The notes below the pieces were generated by a model. The model was not told the origin of the DNA, searched no databases, and saw only the letters and a list, made by a program, of their open reading frames with translations. A program made the position numbers and the translations under genes. Positions 57,201 through 64,000 of a DNA stretch of 64,000 bases are shown here, piece after piece. The stretch is from positions 320,001 to 384,000 of the forward strand of contig CAVUKB010000004.1 in the NCBI GenBank assembly GCA_963741955.1. The letters run 5' to 3'. This stretch comes from an uncultured Acidobacteriota bacterium (GTDB taxonomy: Bacteria; Acidobacteriota; Thermoanaerobaculia; Gp7-AA8). Positions within the stretch are counted from its first letter, which is position 1. The number at the start of each line of letters is the position of its first letter.

Positions 57201-58871
57201 GTCGAGATGGAGCTCGGTGAGATCGACGAGCTCTCCGATGCTGGAGGGGATCGGTCCCGTGAGCCGGTTCCAGCCGAGAGTCAGATATTCGAGCCGGGCG
57301 AGATTGCCGATGTCGGAGGGGATGGTGCCACCGATCCGGTTTCCTGCGAGATCGAGATAGGTGAGATTGGCGAGCGAGGTGATGCCCGGCGGAATGCTTC
57401 CGGTGAATTCGTTTCCGCCCAGAAGAATCATCTCGAGAGAAGGAATCTCGCCGAGCCATGAAGGGAGATCACCTGAAAGTTGGTTTCCGTAGAGGAGAAT
57501 CTCGCGGAGCGAGGTGATTCCGGCCAGTGACGGGAGAGATCCGGTGAGGCGGCATTCGGGAATCGAGAGCGACTGGAGCTTCGTGAGTGAGCCGATCTCG
57601 GCCGGGATGGAGCCCGTGAGCTGATTCTGGCCGAGGGCCAGAGTATCGAGGACGCTCAGCTGGCCGAGCTCGGAGGGGATGGTGCCCGTCAGTTGATTGG
57701 AGGCGAGCACGAGGGATCGCAGCGAGGAAAGATCGCCGAGGGGAACCGGGATCGATCCGGTGAGCTGATTGTCGCCGAGATCGAGGTATTCGAGTCGATG
57801 AAGCGTTCCGAGCTCGGAGGGGATGCTCCCCGTCAGCTGGTTGTGGTCGAGTGCGAGATAGGTGAGGGTGGTGAGGTTCGCCAGCTCCTTCGGAATCGAA
57901 GCGGTGAGCCGGTTCGACGAAAGAAGGAGATCGTCCAGAGCGGCGAGCTCTCCGAGCTCCGGTGGAATCGAGCCACTGAGAAGATTCTGGTGGAGCCACA
58001 AGCGTTCGAGGAGGGAGAGATTCCCGAGCTCTTTCGGAATCGTTCCGGTCAGCTGGTTCGTGTCGAGCTCGAGCTGGGTCAGGTTCGAGAGATCTCCCGT
58101 TTCCGGAGGGATCGAGCCAGTGAGGCGGTTCTCGCTCAGTTGGAGGATCTGAAGATTCGCGAGCGATCCGACCGACGGCGGGATCGAGCCGGTGAGCTGG
58201 TTGTGGTTCAGATACAGCTCCTGAAGAGAGATTGCGTCACCGAGCTGCGAAGGGATCGACCCGGAGAGGAAGTTGTCCGCGAGGGAGAGGATCTGGAGCG
58301 ACCGGAGATTTCCAATCTCCGGAGGGATGGCGCCGGTGAGCTGATTCGAATAGAGCATCAGCGTCTGCAGTGCGGCGAGGTTGCCGAGCGACGGCGGGAT
58401 CGCTCCGCTGAAGCGGTTGGTCGCGGCTTCGAACGAGATCAGGTTCGGCAGATTTCCGATCGACGAGGGGAGGGAACCTGAAAGCTGATTTTCATAGATC
58501 GCGAGATTCTCCAGGCTGGAGAGATTTCCGATCTCCGGCGGGAGCGTGCCGGTGAGCTGATTTCCTTCTAGGTAGAGAGTGCGCAGATCGGAAAGTCGGG
58601 CGACGTCGGACGGGAGCGTTCCGGTAAGTCCGTTGTAGTCGAGCGAGAGCTCGACGACGGTCGATTCGTCCTCGGAGCATCCGACGCCATACCAGCTGCA
58701 TTCGGTTCCCGCGGAGCCGAGCCAGTTGGACGAATCGCTCCAGTTCGCCCCACCGGTGGAGTTGTAGATCGCAATCAATGCGTCGCGCTGAGCGGAAGGG
58801 ATCGCCGCAGTCGCAATGGACGCAGCAAGCGCGAGAGACATGCCGGCGAGAAACAGCGAGAGCCGTCGCAT
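54273..58871 (-). CDS. Large secreted protein: LRRNT cap, about 24 plant-type LRRs, Fn3, Ig-like and C-terminal beta domains
   Basis: Signal peptide, NW..CSWYGVGC cap, 24-aa LxxLxLxxNxLTGxIPxxLGxL repeats, GLAPSTKYYLRV (Fn3). Confidence 0.92.
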   Translation of the reverse strand: MRRLSLFLAGMSLALAASIATAAIPSAQRDALIAIYNSTGGANWSDSSNWLGSAGTECSWYGVGCSEDESTVVELSLDYNGLTGTLPSDVARLSDLRTLYLEGNQLTGTLPPEIGNLSSLENLAIYENQLSGSLPSSIGNLPNLISFEAATNRFSGAIPPSLGNLAALQTLMLYSNQLTGAIPPEIGNLRSLQILSLADNFLSGSIPSQLGDAISLQELYLNHNQLTGSIPPSVGSLANLQILQLSENRLTGSIPPETGDLSNLTQLELDTNQLTGTIPKELGNLSLLERLWLHQNLLSGSIPPELGELAALDDLLLSSNRLTASIPKELANLTTLTYLALDHNQLTGSIPSELGTLHRLEYLDLGDNQLTGSIPVPLGDLSSLRSLVLASNQLTGTIPSELGQLSVLDTLALGQNQLTGSIPAEIGSLTKLQSLSIPECRLTGSLPSLAGITSLREILLYGNQLSGDLPSWLGEIPSLEMILLGGNEFTGSIPPGITSLANLTYLDLAGNRIGGTIPSDIGNLARLEYLTLGWNRLTGPIPSSIGELVDLTELHLDSNLLSGAVPSLENLSRLQVLLLGDNELTGTIPTWIGSFPQLQYLSLGSNHFTGPIPDSIGGLASIIQMDLSQNVLSGPVPSSITLLETLEDGGLDVSYNALYTSDGAVLLFLNRKQEGSWQESQTVAPTGVAPGTTTDRSITLSWHTIEYGWDEGGYQAIASLTPGGAPVSIATTPDKWADSVVIRGLAPSTKYYLRVRSVTHPHGYQKNVVTSEATVEVTATTTAKVNAPAEVVLTSPTSGLIEIRGVPQNQDAFVLTNFGDVSTTVTLERDSEFFEQSPTSFTLAGGASQTVTVTAVPQQPLGPYWGYSVPSGDGVPEDLEVVIRMLSVATTTGTATAEAVNSRIDLSGDVDTNAVGTVTFRNVGTAPLTGILVSDVPWLVPPQDIIDISSGDIALLNFQVERSKRTIGSADGTVSGNLKLIYVSDSGSAARALLRDIAPEGTTPPGVSFSLVTVVDTTRPSVAAGTIPPLAAGEIARFIPGIRDQSTSSSRSFSDLSIANAFASRSISDLKLYYSRAGMTGTSVASIGSVAPNQALTLASVVNGVYTESNQSGTLQIRTREWTSILAEARSVTTRAGRGTVAGSIPIFRSDRSVAPGGTTALTALEKGAGLHTDLYIQETSGQQANVKVRWLSGNGMELSSSTAQLEPFGVAELADAAPSGAVSAIVSNDSGSSGRIVAYAAATDETSGDRWALVDWPLFFGYSSTSAVRLPLVRSATAENGGGRRRIVRPPGTSTKPLEAAASASIATDLTLFNPGSTAVEGTLRYLENGVSISRDVTLAPLQTRSWSDVAKTLFGRSSSAGGSIVFTPRSGGAVMESRMRSGGSNGGSIGAAIPAVAATSGLRLGQSRVFAGLEDSTRTTVAARLDGTWRTGFGILESGGASIRVRATLRFQDGRAFTGQTASKDFSLSAGQLMMADEMARSIIGADRETRFGNLHDVQLELELVEGDGAATVFVISVDNGSGDSIFRAE

Positions 58872-59185
58872 GCAGTCCTCCGGATACCCGACAGGCGATT
58901 TGGAACCAGTCCCACACGTAGGGCCGGCAATGGGGAATGTCAAGCTCAGAGGCGCGCAGGGGCTGAGCGCGAGGGTGGGCGAGGCGAGAACCGGCGCCGC
59001 GGTGAAGCCTCAGGGCCAGGAGTCTGCGCGGTAGAAACTGTCCTGCTGCGAAAGCGGATCAGCGGTCCACATCCGTCCGGATTTTCGGCCAGTAGCCACC
59101 GCTACGCACCTCAAATCCGAACGAATTTGGACCGCTGCTTCGCTTTCTCGCTACGTACGTTTCCAGGCTCCTCTGCGGCTTCGGA

Positions 59186-60763
59186 TCAGCTCATCTTCGG
59201 AAGTCTCGGTCCGGCCTCACCTTTCGGCGGCACGACTCCGGCAGAGCTCTCTGCGGCGACGGGAGCGACCGGTTGTCCCACCGCCTTCGCGAGGATCTGT
59301 TTGAGATCGACGCCGCTGAGCGACTGCACGACCGCGGGAAGCTCGGCCATCGCCTTCGCCATGTCGCCGGTGAATCGTGAGACGCCGCCGCCGTGGCCGT
59401 CGGCACCGGCCGTTCCGGTGTCGACGATGGTGATACTCCCGGTCTTGGAGAGCGGTTCGGAGAGCGCCTTCGCGATCTCGGGAAGCACCTTGATGAACAT
59501 CTCGAGGACCGCGGCCTGGTTGTACTGCTGGAACGACTGAGCCTTCTTCTCCATCGCCGCTGCTTCCGCGAGTCCCGTCGCCTCGACGACTTTCGCCTGC
59601 GCCTCGCCCTTCGCGGTGATGATCTGCGCTTCGGCGGTTCCGGTCTTCGCCACGACGTCGGCTTTCGCTTCGCCTTCGACGCGCGCGGCCTGCGCGCGGC
59701 CCTTCGCTTCCGCTTCGATCTGGAACTGCCGGGCGTTCGCTTCGGTCTCGATCTTGTAGCGCTCCGCGTCGGCGGCCTTCTTGATGGTCGAGTCGAGCTC
59801 GAGCTCGCGGCGCTTGATCTCGCGCTGCTGCACCTCGATCATCTGTTCCTTCTCGATCACCGAGACCTTGATCTCTTCCTTCTTCAATTCCTGATTGGTC
59901 TTGTACTTCTGCAGGTCGTACGCGAGGTCCGCTTCCGCCTTCTTCTGGTTCGTCGCCGCGTCGAAGTCCGCCTTCTTCATCAGGTAGTCGCGGTTGGCGA
60001 GTGCGATCTGGGTGTCCGCCTCGATCCGTGCTGTCTCCGCCTGCTGGCGTGCCATCGCCGACTGCACCGTCGCGTCACGGTCGGCGTTGGCCTGCGCGAT
60101 GATGGCGTTCTTCTTCACGTCCGCGATCCGCGGCTGGCCCAGCGCGTCGAGATAACCGTGCGAGTCGCGGATGTCGCGCAGCGTGAAGCTGACGATCTGC
60201 AGTCCCATGTTCGCGAGGTCGGCCACCGCGACTTCCTGGACCTTCACCGAGAACTGGTCGCGGTTGGTGTAGATCTCTTCGACCGTGAGCTGACCGACGA
60301 TCGCGCGAAGATGCCCTTCCACGGTCTGCAGCGCGATCCGCTGGATCTCAGCCTGCGACTTGCCGAGGAACTGCTCGGCCGCGGTGCGGATGGATTGCTC
60401 GTCGCCGCGAATCTTGATCTGCGCCACGCCGTCGACCAGCACCGGCACTCCCGGCTTGGTGTAGACCTCGGGGGTCTTGATGTCGAGCGTCATCACTTCG
60501 AGCGAGATGACGTCCACGCGCTCGAGCAGCGGCCAGACGAACGCGCCGCCGCCGGCACGGATCCGATAGCCGACCGAGTCGGTGCTCCCGTCCGGGTTCT
60601 TGATCTTGTGGCTTCGGCCGGAGATCACCATCACTTCGTTCGGTCCGACCTTCTGGTAGCGCTTCGCGTACGTGAGGATCGAGACGAGGAAGACGAAGAC
60701 GATGGCGCCGCCGATGAAGACGGCCATCCCCGCGTCGGTGAGGCTCTGGAGTGTCTGGATCAT
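59186..60763 (-). CDS. Flotillin family SPFH protein
   Basis: GPNEVMVISG, EGHLRAIVG, GYLDALG, EA-rich coiled coil, KITIVD-like tail. Confidence 0.95.
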   Translation of the reverse strand: MIQTLQSLTDAGMAVFIGGAIVFVFLVSILTYAKRYQKVGPNEVMVISGRSHKIKNPDGSTDSVGYRIRAGGGAFVWPLLERVDVISLEVMTLDIKTPEVYTKPGVPVLVDGVAQIKIRGDEQSIRTAAEQFLGKSQAEIQRIALQTVEGHLRAIVGQLTVEEIYTNRDQFSVKVQEVAVADLANMGLQIVSFTLRDIRDSHGYLDALGQPRIADVKKNAIIAQANADRDATVQSAMARQQAETARIEADTQIALANRDYLMKKADFDAATNQKKAEADLAYDLQKYKTNQELKKEEIKVSVIEKEQMIEVQQREIKRRELELDSTIKKAADAERYKIETEANARQFQIEAEAKGRAQAARVEGEAKADVVAKTGTAEAQIITAKGEAQAKVVEATGLAEAAAMEKKAQSFQQYNQAAVLEMFIKVLPEIAKALSEPLSKTGSITIVDTGTAGADGHGGGVSRFTGDMAKAMAELPAVVQSLSGVDLKQILAKAVGQPVAPVAAESSAGVVPPKGEAGPRLPKMS

Positions 60764-60786
60764 GAGGCGACCTCCCGGTATTCGCT

Positions 60787-61332
60787 TCAGGCAGAGAGTT
60801 GTGGTGCGTTGAGGGGCTCGACGACGAGGGTCGAACCGCTGACGGAGACGATGCGCACTTCGATGTTGCGCGGGATCGCGCTTCCGCTCACGGAACGCGC
60901 GGACGCGTTGGAGCGCTGGCCCTTCTTCACGTAGGCGACCTCGCCGAATCCTCCCCCTTCGGGGATCGGGGTGATCACCTCGGCGTGCGAGCCGACCAGT
61001 TCCGCGGTCGCGTACTCACTCCCGACCTGGGTCTGACGGGTGATCGCCCCGAGGATCAGGAGGCCGATGAACGCGAAGAGGAGCCCTCCGCCTCCGGCGA
61101 TGGAGACTTCGACCAGGGGGTGGAGATCGGTGGTCATTCGAAGAATCGCACCGATGCCGCCGAATCCGGTCACGAAGACGGAAAGGATGGTGGGGGAGAA
61201 GATCGGGACGTCGACGTGCCCGGCGCCGTCGACATTCATGTCGATGTTGGCTCCGTCGCCGAGCGACATCAGCGACGTGACGATGGTGAAGATCACGCCG
61301 ATCGCGAAAAGCGAGAAGTAGAGAAGAGTCAC
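60787..61332 (-). CDS. NfeD-like (YuaF-type) membrane protein
   Basis: 3 TM helices, FVTGFGGIG, LVGSHAEVITPIP..GEV OB-fold; directly upstream of flotillin. Confidence 0.88.
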   Translation of the reverse strand: MTLLYFSLFAIGVIFTIVTSLMSLGDGANIDMNVDGAGHVDVPIFSPTILSVFVTGFGGIGAILRMTTDLHPLVEVSIAGGGGLLFAFIGLLILGAITRQTQVGSEYATAELVGSHAEVITPIPEGGGFGEVAYVKKGQRSNASARSVSGSAIPRNIEVRIVSVSGSTLVVEPLNAPQLSA

Positions 61333-61418
61333 GGACGTTCCTCGAACGATTGATTCCGGATTCTAACAGGGAAAGAGAAGGATTTGCGCGAATTGAAACG
61401 GGTTTGCGCGGAGCGTCG

Positions 61419-61990
61419 GTGGTGCGACCGTCTCGGTCGCTGAGGCTTCGCTTCTGCCGAAGGCGTCCTCTCGATCCGTTCTGAACGCGATTTTCGCGGC
61501 GGATCGGAGGATCCGCGCCCCTCGGCGTCTGCGCGGAGTTCGAATCGGTCGCGAAGCGTCGCTGGCCGCGTCCATCCCGGTCGACGAAGCTTCGCTTCTG
61601 CCGAAGGCGTTCTCTCGATCCGCTCCGAACACGATTTTCGCGGCGGATCGGAGGATCCGCGCCCCTCGGCGTCTGCGCGGAGTTCGAATCGGTCGCGAAG
61701 CGTCGCTGGCCGCGTCCATCCCGGTCGACGAAGCTTCGCTTCTGCCGAAGGCGTTCTCTCGATCCGCTCCGAACACGATTTTCGCGGCGGATCGGAGGAT
61801 CCGCGCCCCTCGGCGTCTGCGCGGAGTTCGAATCGGTCGCGAAGCGTCGCTGGCCGCGCCCATCCCGGTCGACGAAGCTTCGCTTCTGCCGAAGGCGTTC
61901 TCTCGATCCGCTCCGAACACGATTTTCGCGGCGGATCAGAGGATCCGCGCCCCTCGGCGGGCGTGGGATCGAATGGGTCGCGAAGCGCCT
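61419..61990. repeat. REP head plus tandem array of about 4 x 144 bp
   Basis: gtggtgcgaccgtctcggtcgc at 61419; units start at 61445, 61589, 61733, 61877 (last one degenerate). Confidence 0.95.
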
Positions 61991-62021
61991 GTGGCGCGAG
62001 CGCCCCTCGGTGCCACACCTC

Positions 62022-62068
62022 TTGACAGAATTGTCGTTGAAACCTATTGTAATAGTGGACTAGGACAA
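62022..62068 (+). promoter_or_regulatory. Sigma70 promoter with overlapping GntR/YtrA-type operator
   Basis: TTGACA (62022) - 17 bp - TATTGT (62045); imperfect palindrome ttgtaatagt-gg-actaggacaa 62047-62068. Confidence 0.75.
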
Positions 62069-62472
62069 TGACTGTCGCGAACCCATCCACCCTCTTCCGC
62101 CTCGATGCCTCCTCCGGCGTGCCGTTCTACCGCCAGGTGATCGATCAGGTCCTCCTGGCCGTCGCCGACGGGAGACTCAAACCGGGCGAGCAGCTTCCGA
62201 CCGTCCGGCAGCTCGCGGTCGACCTCGCGGTCAACCTCAACACCGTCGCGAAGGCATACCGGGAGATGGAGATCCGAGGGATCGTGGAGACGCAGCAGGG
62301 GACGGGGACGTTCGTCTCGACCCGACCTCCGGAGACGAAGGGACGGGAGAAGAAGCGGGCGATGAAGGATCTCGTCGATCGCACCATGGCTTCGGCTGCT
62401 TCGATGGGCTTCTCGGTCGAGGAGCTGATCGAAGCACTGAGCGAACGGGCCGATTCGGCCCGAAGGAGGTAG
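62068..62472 (+). CDS. GntR family (YtrA-like) regulator
   Basis: PFYRQV, LPTVRQLAVDLAVNLNTVAKAYREM, GTGTFV; short C-terminal domain. Confidence 0.95.
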   Translation: MTVANPSTLFRLDASSGVPFYRQVIDQVLLAVADGRLKPGEQLPTVRQLAVDLAVNLNTVAKAYREMEIRGIVETQQGTGTFVSTRPPETKGREKKRAMKDLVDRTMASAASMGFSVEELIEALSERADSARRR

Positions 62473-62475
62473 CAG

Positions 62476-63480
62476 ATGGTTTCGGTGGGGACCCGCAAGA
62501 GACAGCAGCAGTCGCAGGACCAGGGAGACGCCTCGCAATCGAAGCGCAGCTCCCGGCGTGCGATCGAACAGAACGAAGAGTATTCCAGCCGCGGAGGCGC
62601 GCGACGCTACGTGAACGGGGTCAGTCTCGCCGCGATGATCCTCACGCTCCTGATCGGAGTGATTCCGCTGACTCTTCTCCCGCCGGCGTCCGGTCCGATC
62701 GTCTTCCTCGGATTCGTTCTGCTCGGATTCGTGGCGCTGTTCGGAATCAAGATCGCCGATCAGTGGGAGAAGGCGGTGGTGCTCCGGTTCGGAAAATTCG
62801 TGGGACTCCGCGGCCCGGGCTTCTTCTTTCTGATTCCGATCGTCGAGCAGGTGTCGCATCTCATCGACCAGCGCGTGCGGGTGACCGACGTGACTGCAGA
62901 GTCGGCGCTCACCCGCGACACTGTCCCGGTCGACGTTGACGCGATCGTCTTCTGGACGGTATGGGATGCCCAGAAGTCGGTGCTCGAAGTGGCGGACTAC
63001 CTGATGGCCATCGCCCTCTCCGCGCAGACCGCGCTGCGCGAAGCGATCGGCCGCCACCAGCTCGGCGAGATGATCACCGAGCGCGATCGACTCGGGCGCG
63101 AGCTGCGGCGCATCCTCGACGAGAAGACCAACGCATGGGGCATCACCGTACACTCGGTCGAGATCCGCGACGTGAAGATTCCGCAGGAGCTCGAGGATGC
63201 GATGAGCCGCCAGGCTCAGGCCGAGCGCGAGCGACAGGCGCGGATCATCCTCGGCACCGCCGAGACGGAGATCGCGGAGCGCTTCGTTCGCGCGGGCGAG
63301 GCGTACGCGGACCGCCCGATCGCCCTCCACCTCCGCGCGATGAACATGCTCTACGAAGCGATCAAGGAGAAAGGCTCCATGGTGATCGTTCCCTCCAGCG
63401 CGGTCGAGACGATGGGGCTCGGCGGTCTCGCCGGACTGACCTCCCTCGGAACGGCAGCACCGACAGACCCGCCGAAGTAA
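62476..63480 (+). CDS. Stomatin/slipin SPFH protein
   Basis: VVLRFGK, AQTALREAIG, WGITVHSVEIRDV, AMSRQAQAERERQA. Confidence 0.95.
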   Translation: MVSVGTRKRQQQSQDQGDASQSKRSSRRAIEQNEEYSSRGGARRYVNGVSLAAMILTLLIGVIPLTLLPPASGPIVFLGFVLLGFVALFGIKIADQWEKAVVLRFGKFVGLRGPGFFFLIPIVEQVSHLIDQRVRVTDVTAESALTRDTVPVDVDAIVFWTVWDAQKSVLEVADYLMAIALSAQTALREAIGRHQLGEMITERDRLGRELRRILDEKTNAWGITVHSVEIRDVKIPQELEDAMSRQAQAERERQARIILGTAETEIAERFVRAGEAYADRPIALHLRAMNMLYEAIKEKGSMVIVPSSAVETMGLGGLAGLTSLGTAAPTDPPK

Positions 63481-63578
63481 CCACTTCACCCGCGGACGTC
63501 ACGCTCCTCCCGCGCAGACGGCCCGTCGCGGCCTCGCGCGGGAGGACCTGCGTGAATCGCAGGCTCTTGCCGCAGCTC

Positions 63579-64000
63579 TCAGTACACGATCCTCATTCCG
63601 ATTCCGCTCGCGCCGCGGCCGTCCGAGAGCGGGATGATCTGAACTGTCGTGCTTCGCGCGGGATCGGTGTGACGGATCACGATCTCCCGTCCCACCGTCG
63701 TGCCGACGACCGCTCCCGCCAGGACGTCCGACGGCCAGTGCGCGCCGTCGTTCACCCGCGAGTAGCCGACGGCGGCGGCGACGCCGTAGACGAGAACCGG
63801 AACCATACGACCGTGCGAGTGCCCGGCGAGCACTGATGCGAGAGCGAACGCGGTGGTGGTATGTCCGGAGGGAAACGAATCGTGCCCGCCTCCTCCGCTG
63901 GATGGCTGGAACGAGCCTGCTCCTTCGTCCAGCCGCGGACGCGAGCGCCCCGCAGTCCGCTTGAGGAGCGGGGTGATGATGTGCGAGGCGAGAATCTGCG
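63579..64000 (-). CDS. PAP2-family phosphatase (5' end outside the window)
   Basis: K..GRSRP, SFPSGH, SRVNDGAHWPSDVLAG. Confidence 0.9.
   Translation of the reverse strand, partial: QILASHIITPLLKRTAGRSRPRLDEGAGSFQPSSGGGGHDSFPSGHTTTAFALASVLAGHSHGRMVPVLVYGVAAAVGYSRVNDGAHWPSDVLAGAVVGTTVGREIVIRHTDPARSTTVQIIPLSDGRGASGIGMRIVY

Overview
GC-rich bacterial chromosome window; gene content and style suggest Acidobacteriota (possibly Thermoanaerobaculia, inferred only). Most of it is ordinary: the end of an A2-type caa3 cytochrome c oxidase operon, a TetR-regulated YbhG/F/S/R-like ABC exporter with TolC, an RND efflux operon, a subtilase, amidase, RsmE, tryptophanase, kynureninase-like and aminotransferase genes, and two SPFH loci. 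I found no rRNA, tRNA, CRISPR array or transposase. The unusual layer is non-coding. (1) Five tandem arrays (6x185, 5x34, 8x167, 5x37 and about 4x144 bp) are built from GTGG/GGAG-headed REP-like hairpins, and two of the three REP-anchored loci pair a forward REP with a tandemly amplified inverted partner. (2) One perfect 23-bp REP pair lies in frame inside the hlyD-like gene. (3) A 177-bp MITE family has 2 full and 2 miniature copies, one nested inside a REP pair. Also notable: a frameshifted HEPN toxin beside an intact MNT, a nuclease-DinG/XPD fusion, a tandem duplication that captured the 3' end of the subtilase, one uncharacterised extracellular domain shared by four secreted proteins (including a 1532-aa plant-type LRR protein), a rhodanese-MauE/DoxX-tryptophanase operon, and many apparently leaderless genes. 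All coordinates and alignments were read by eye; no searches were run.
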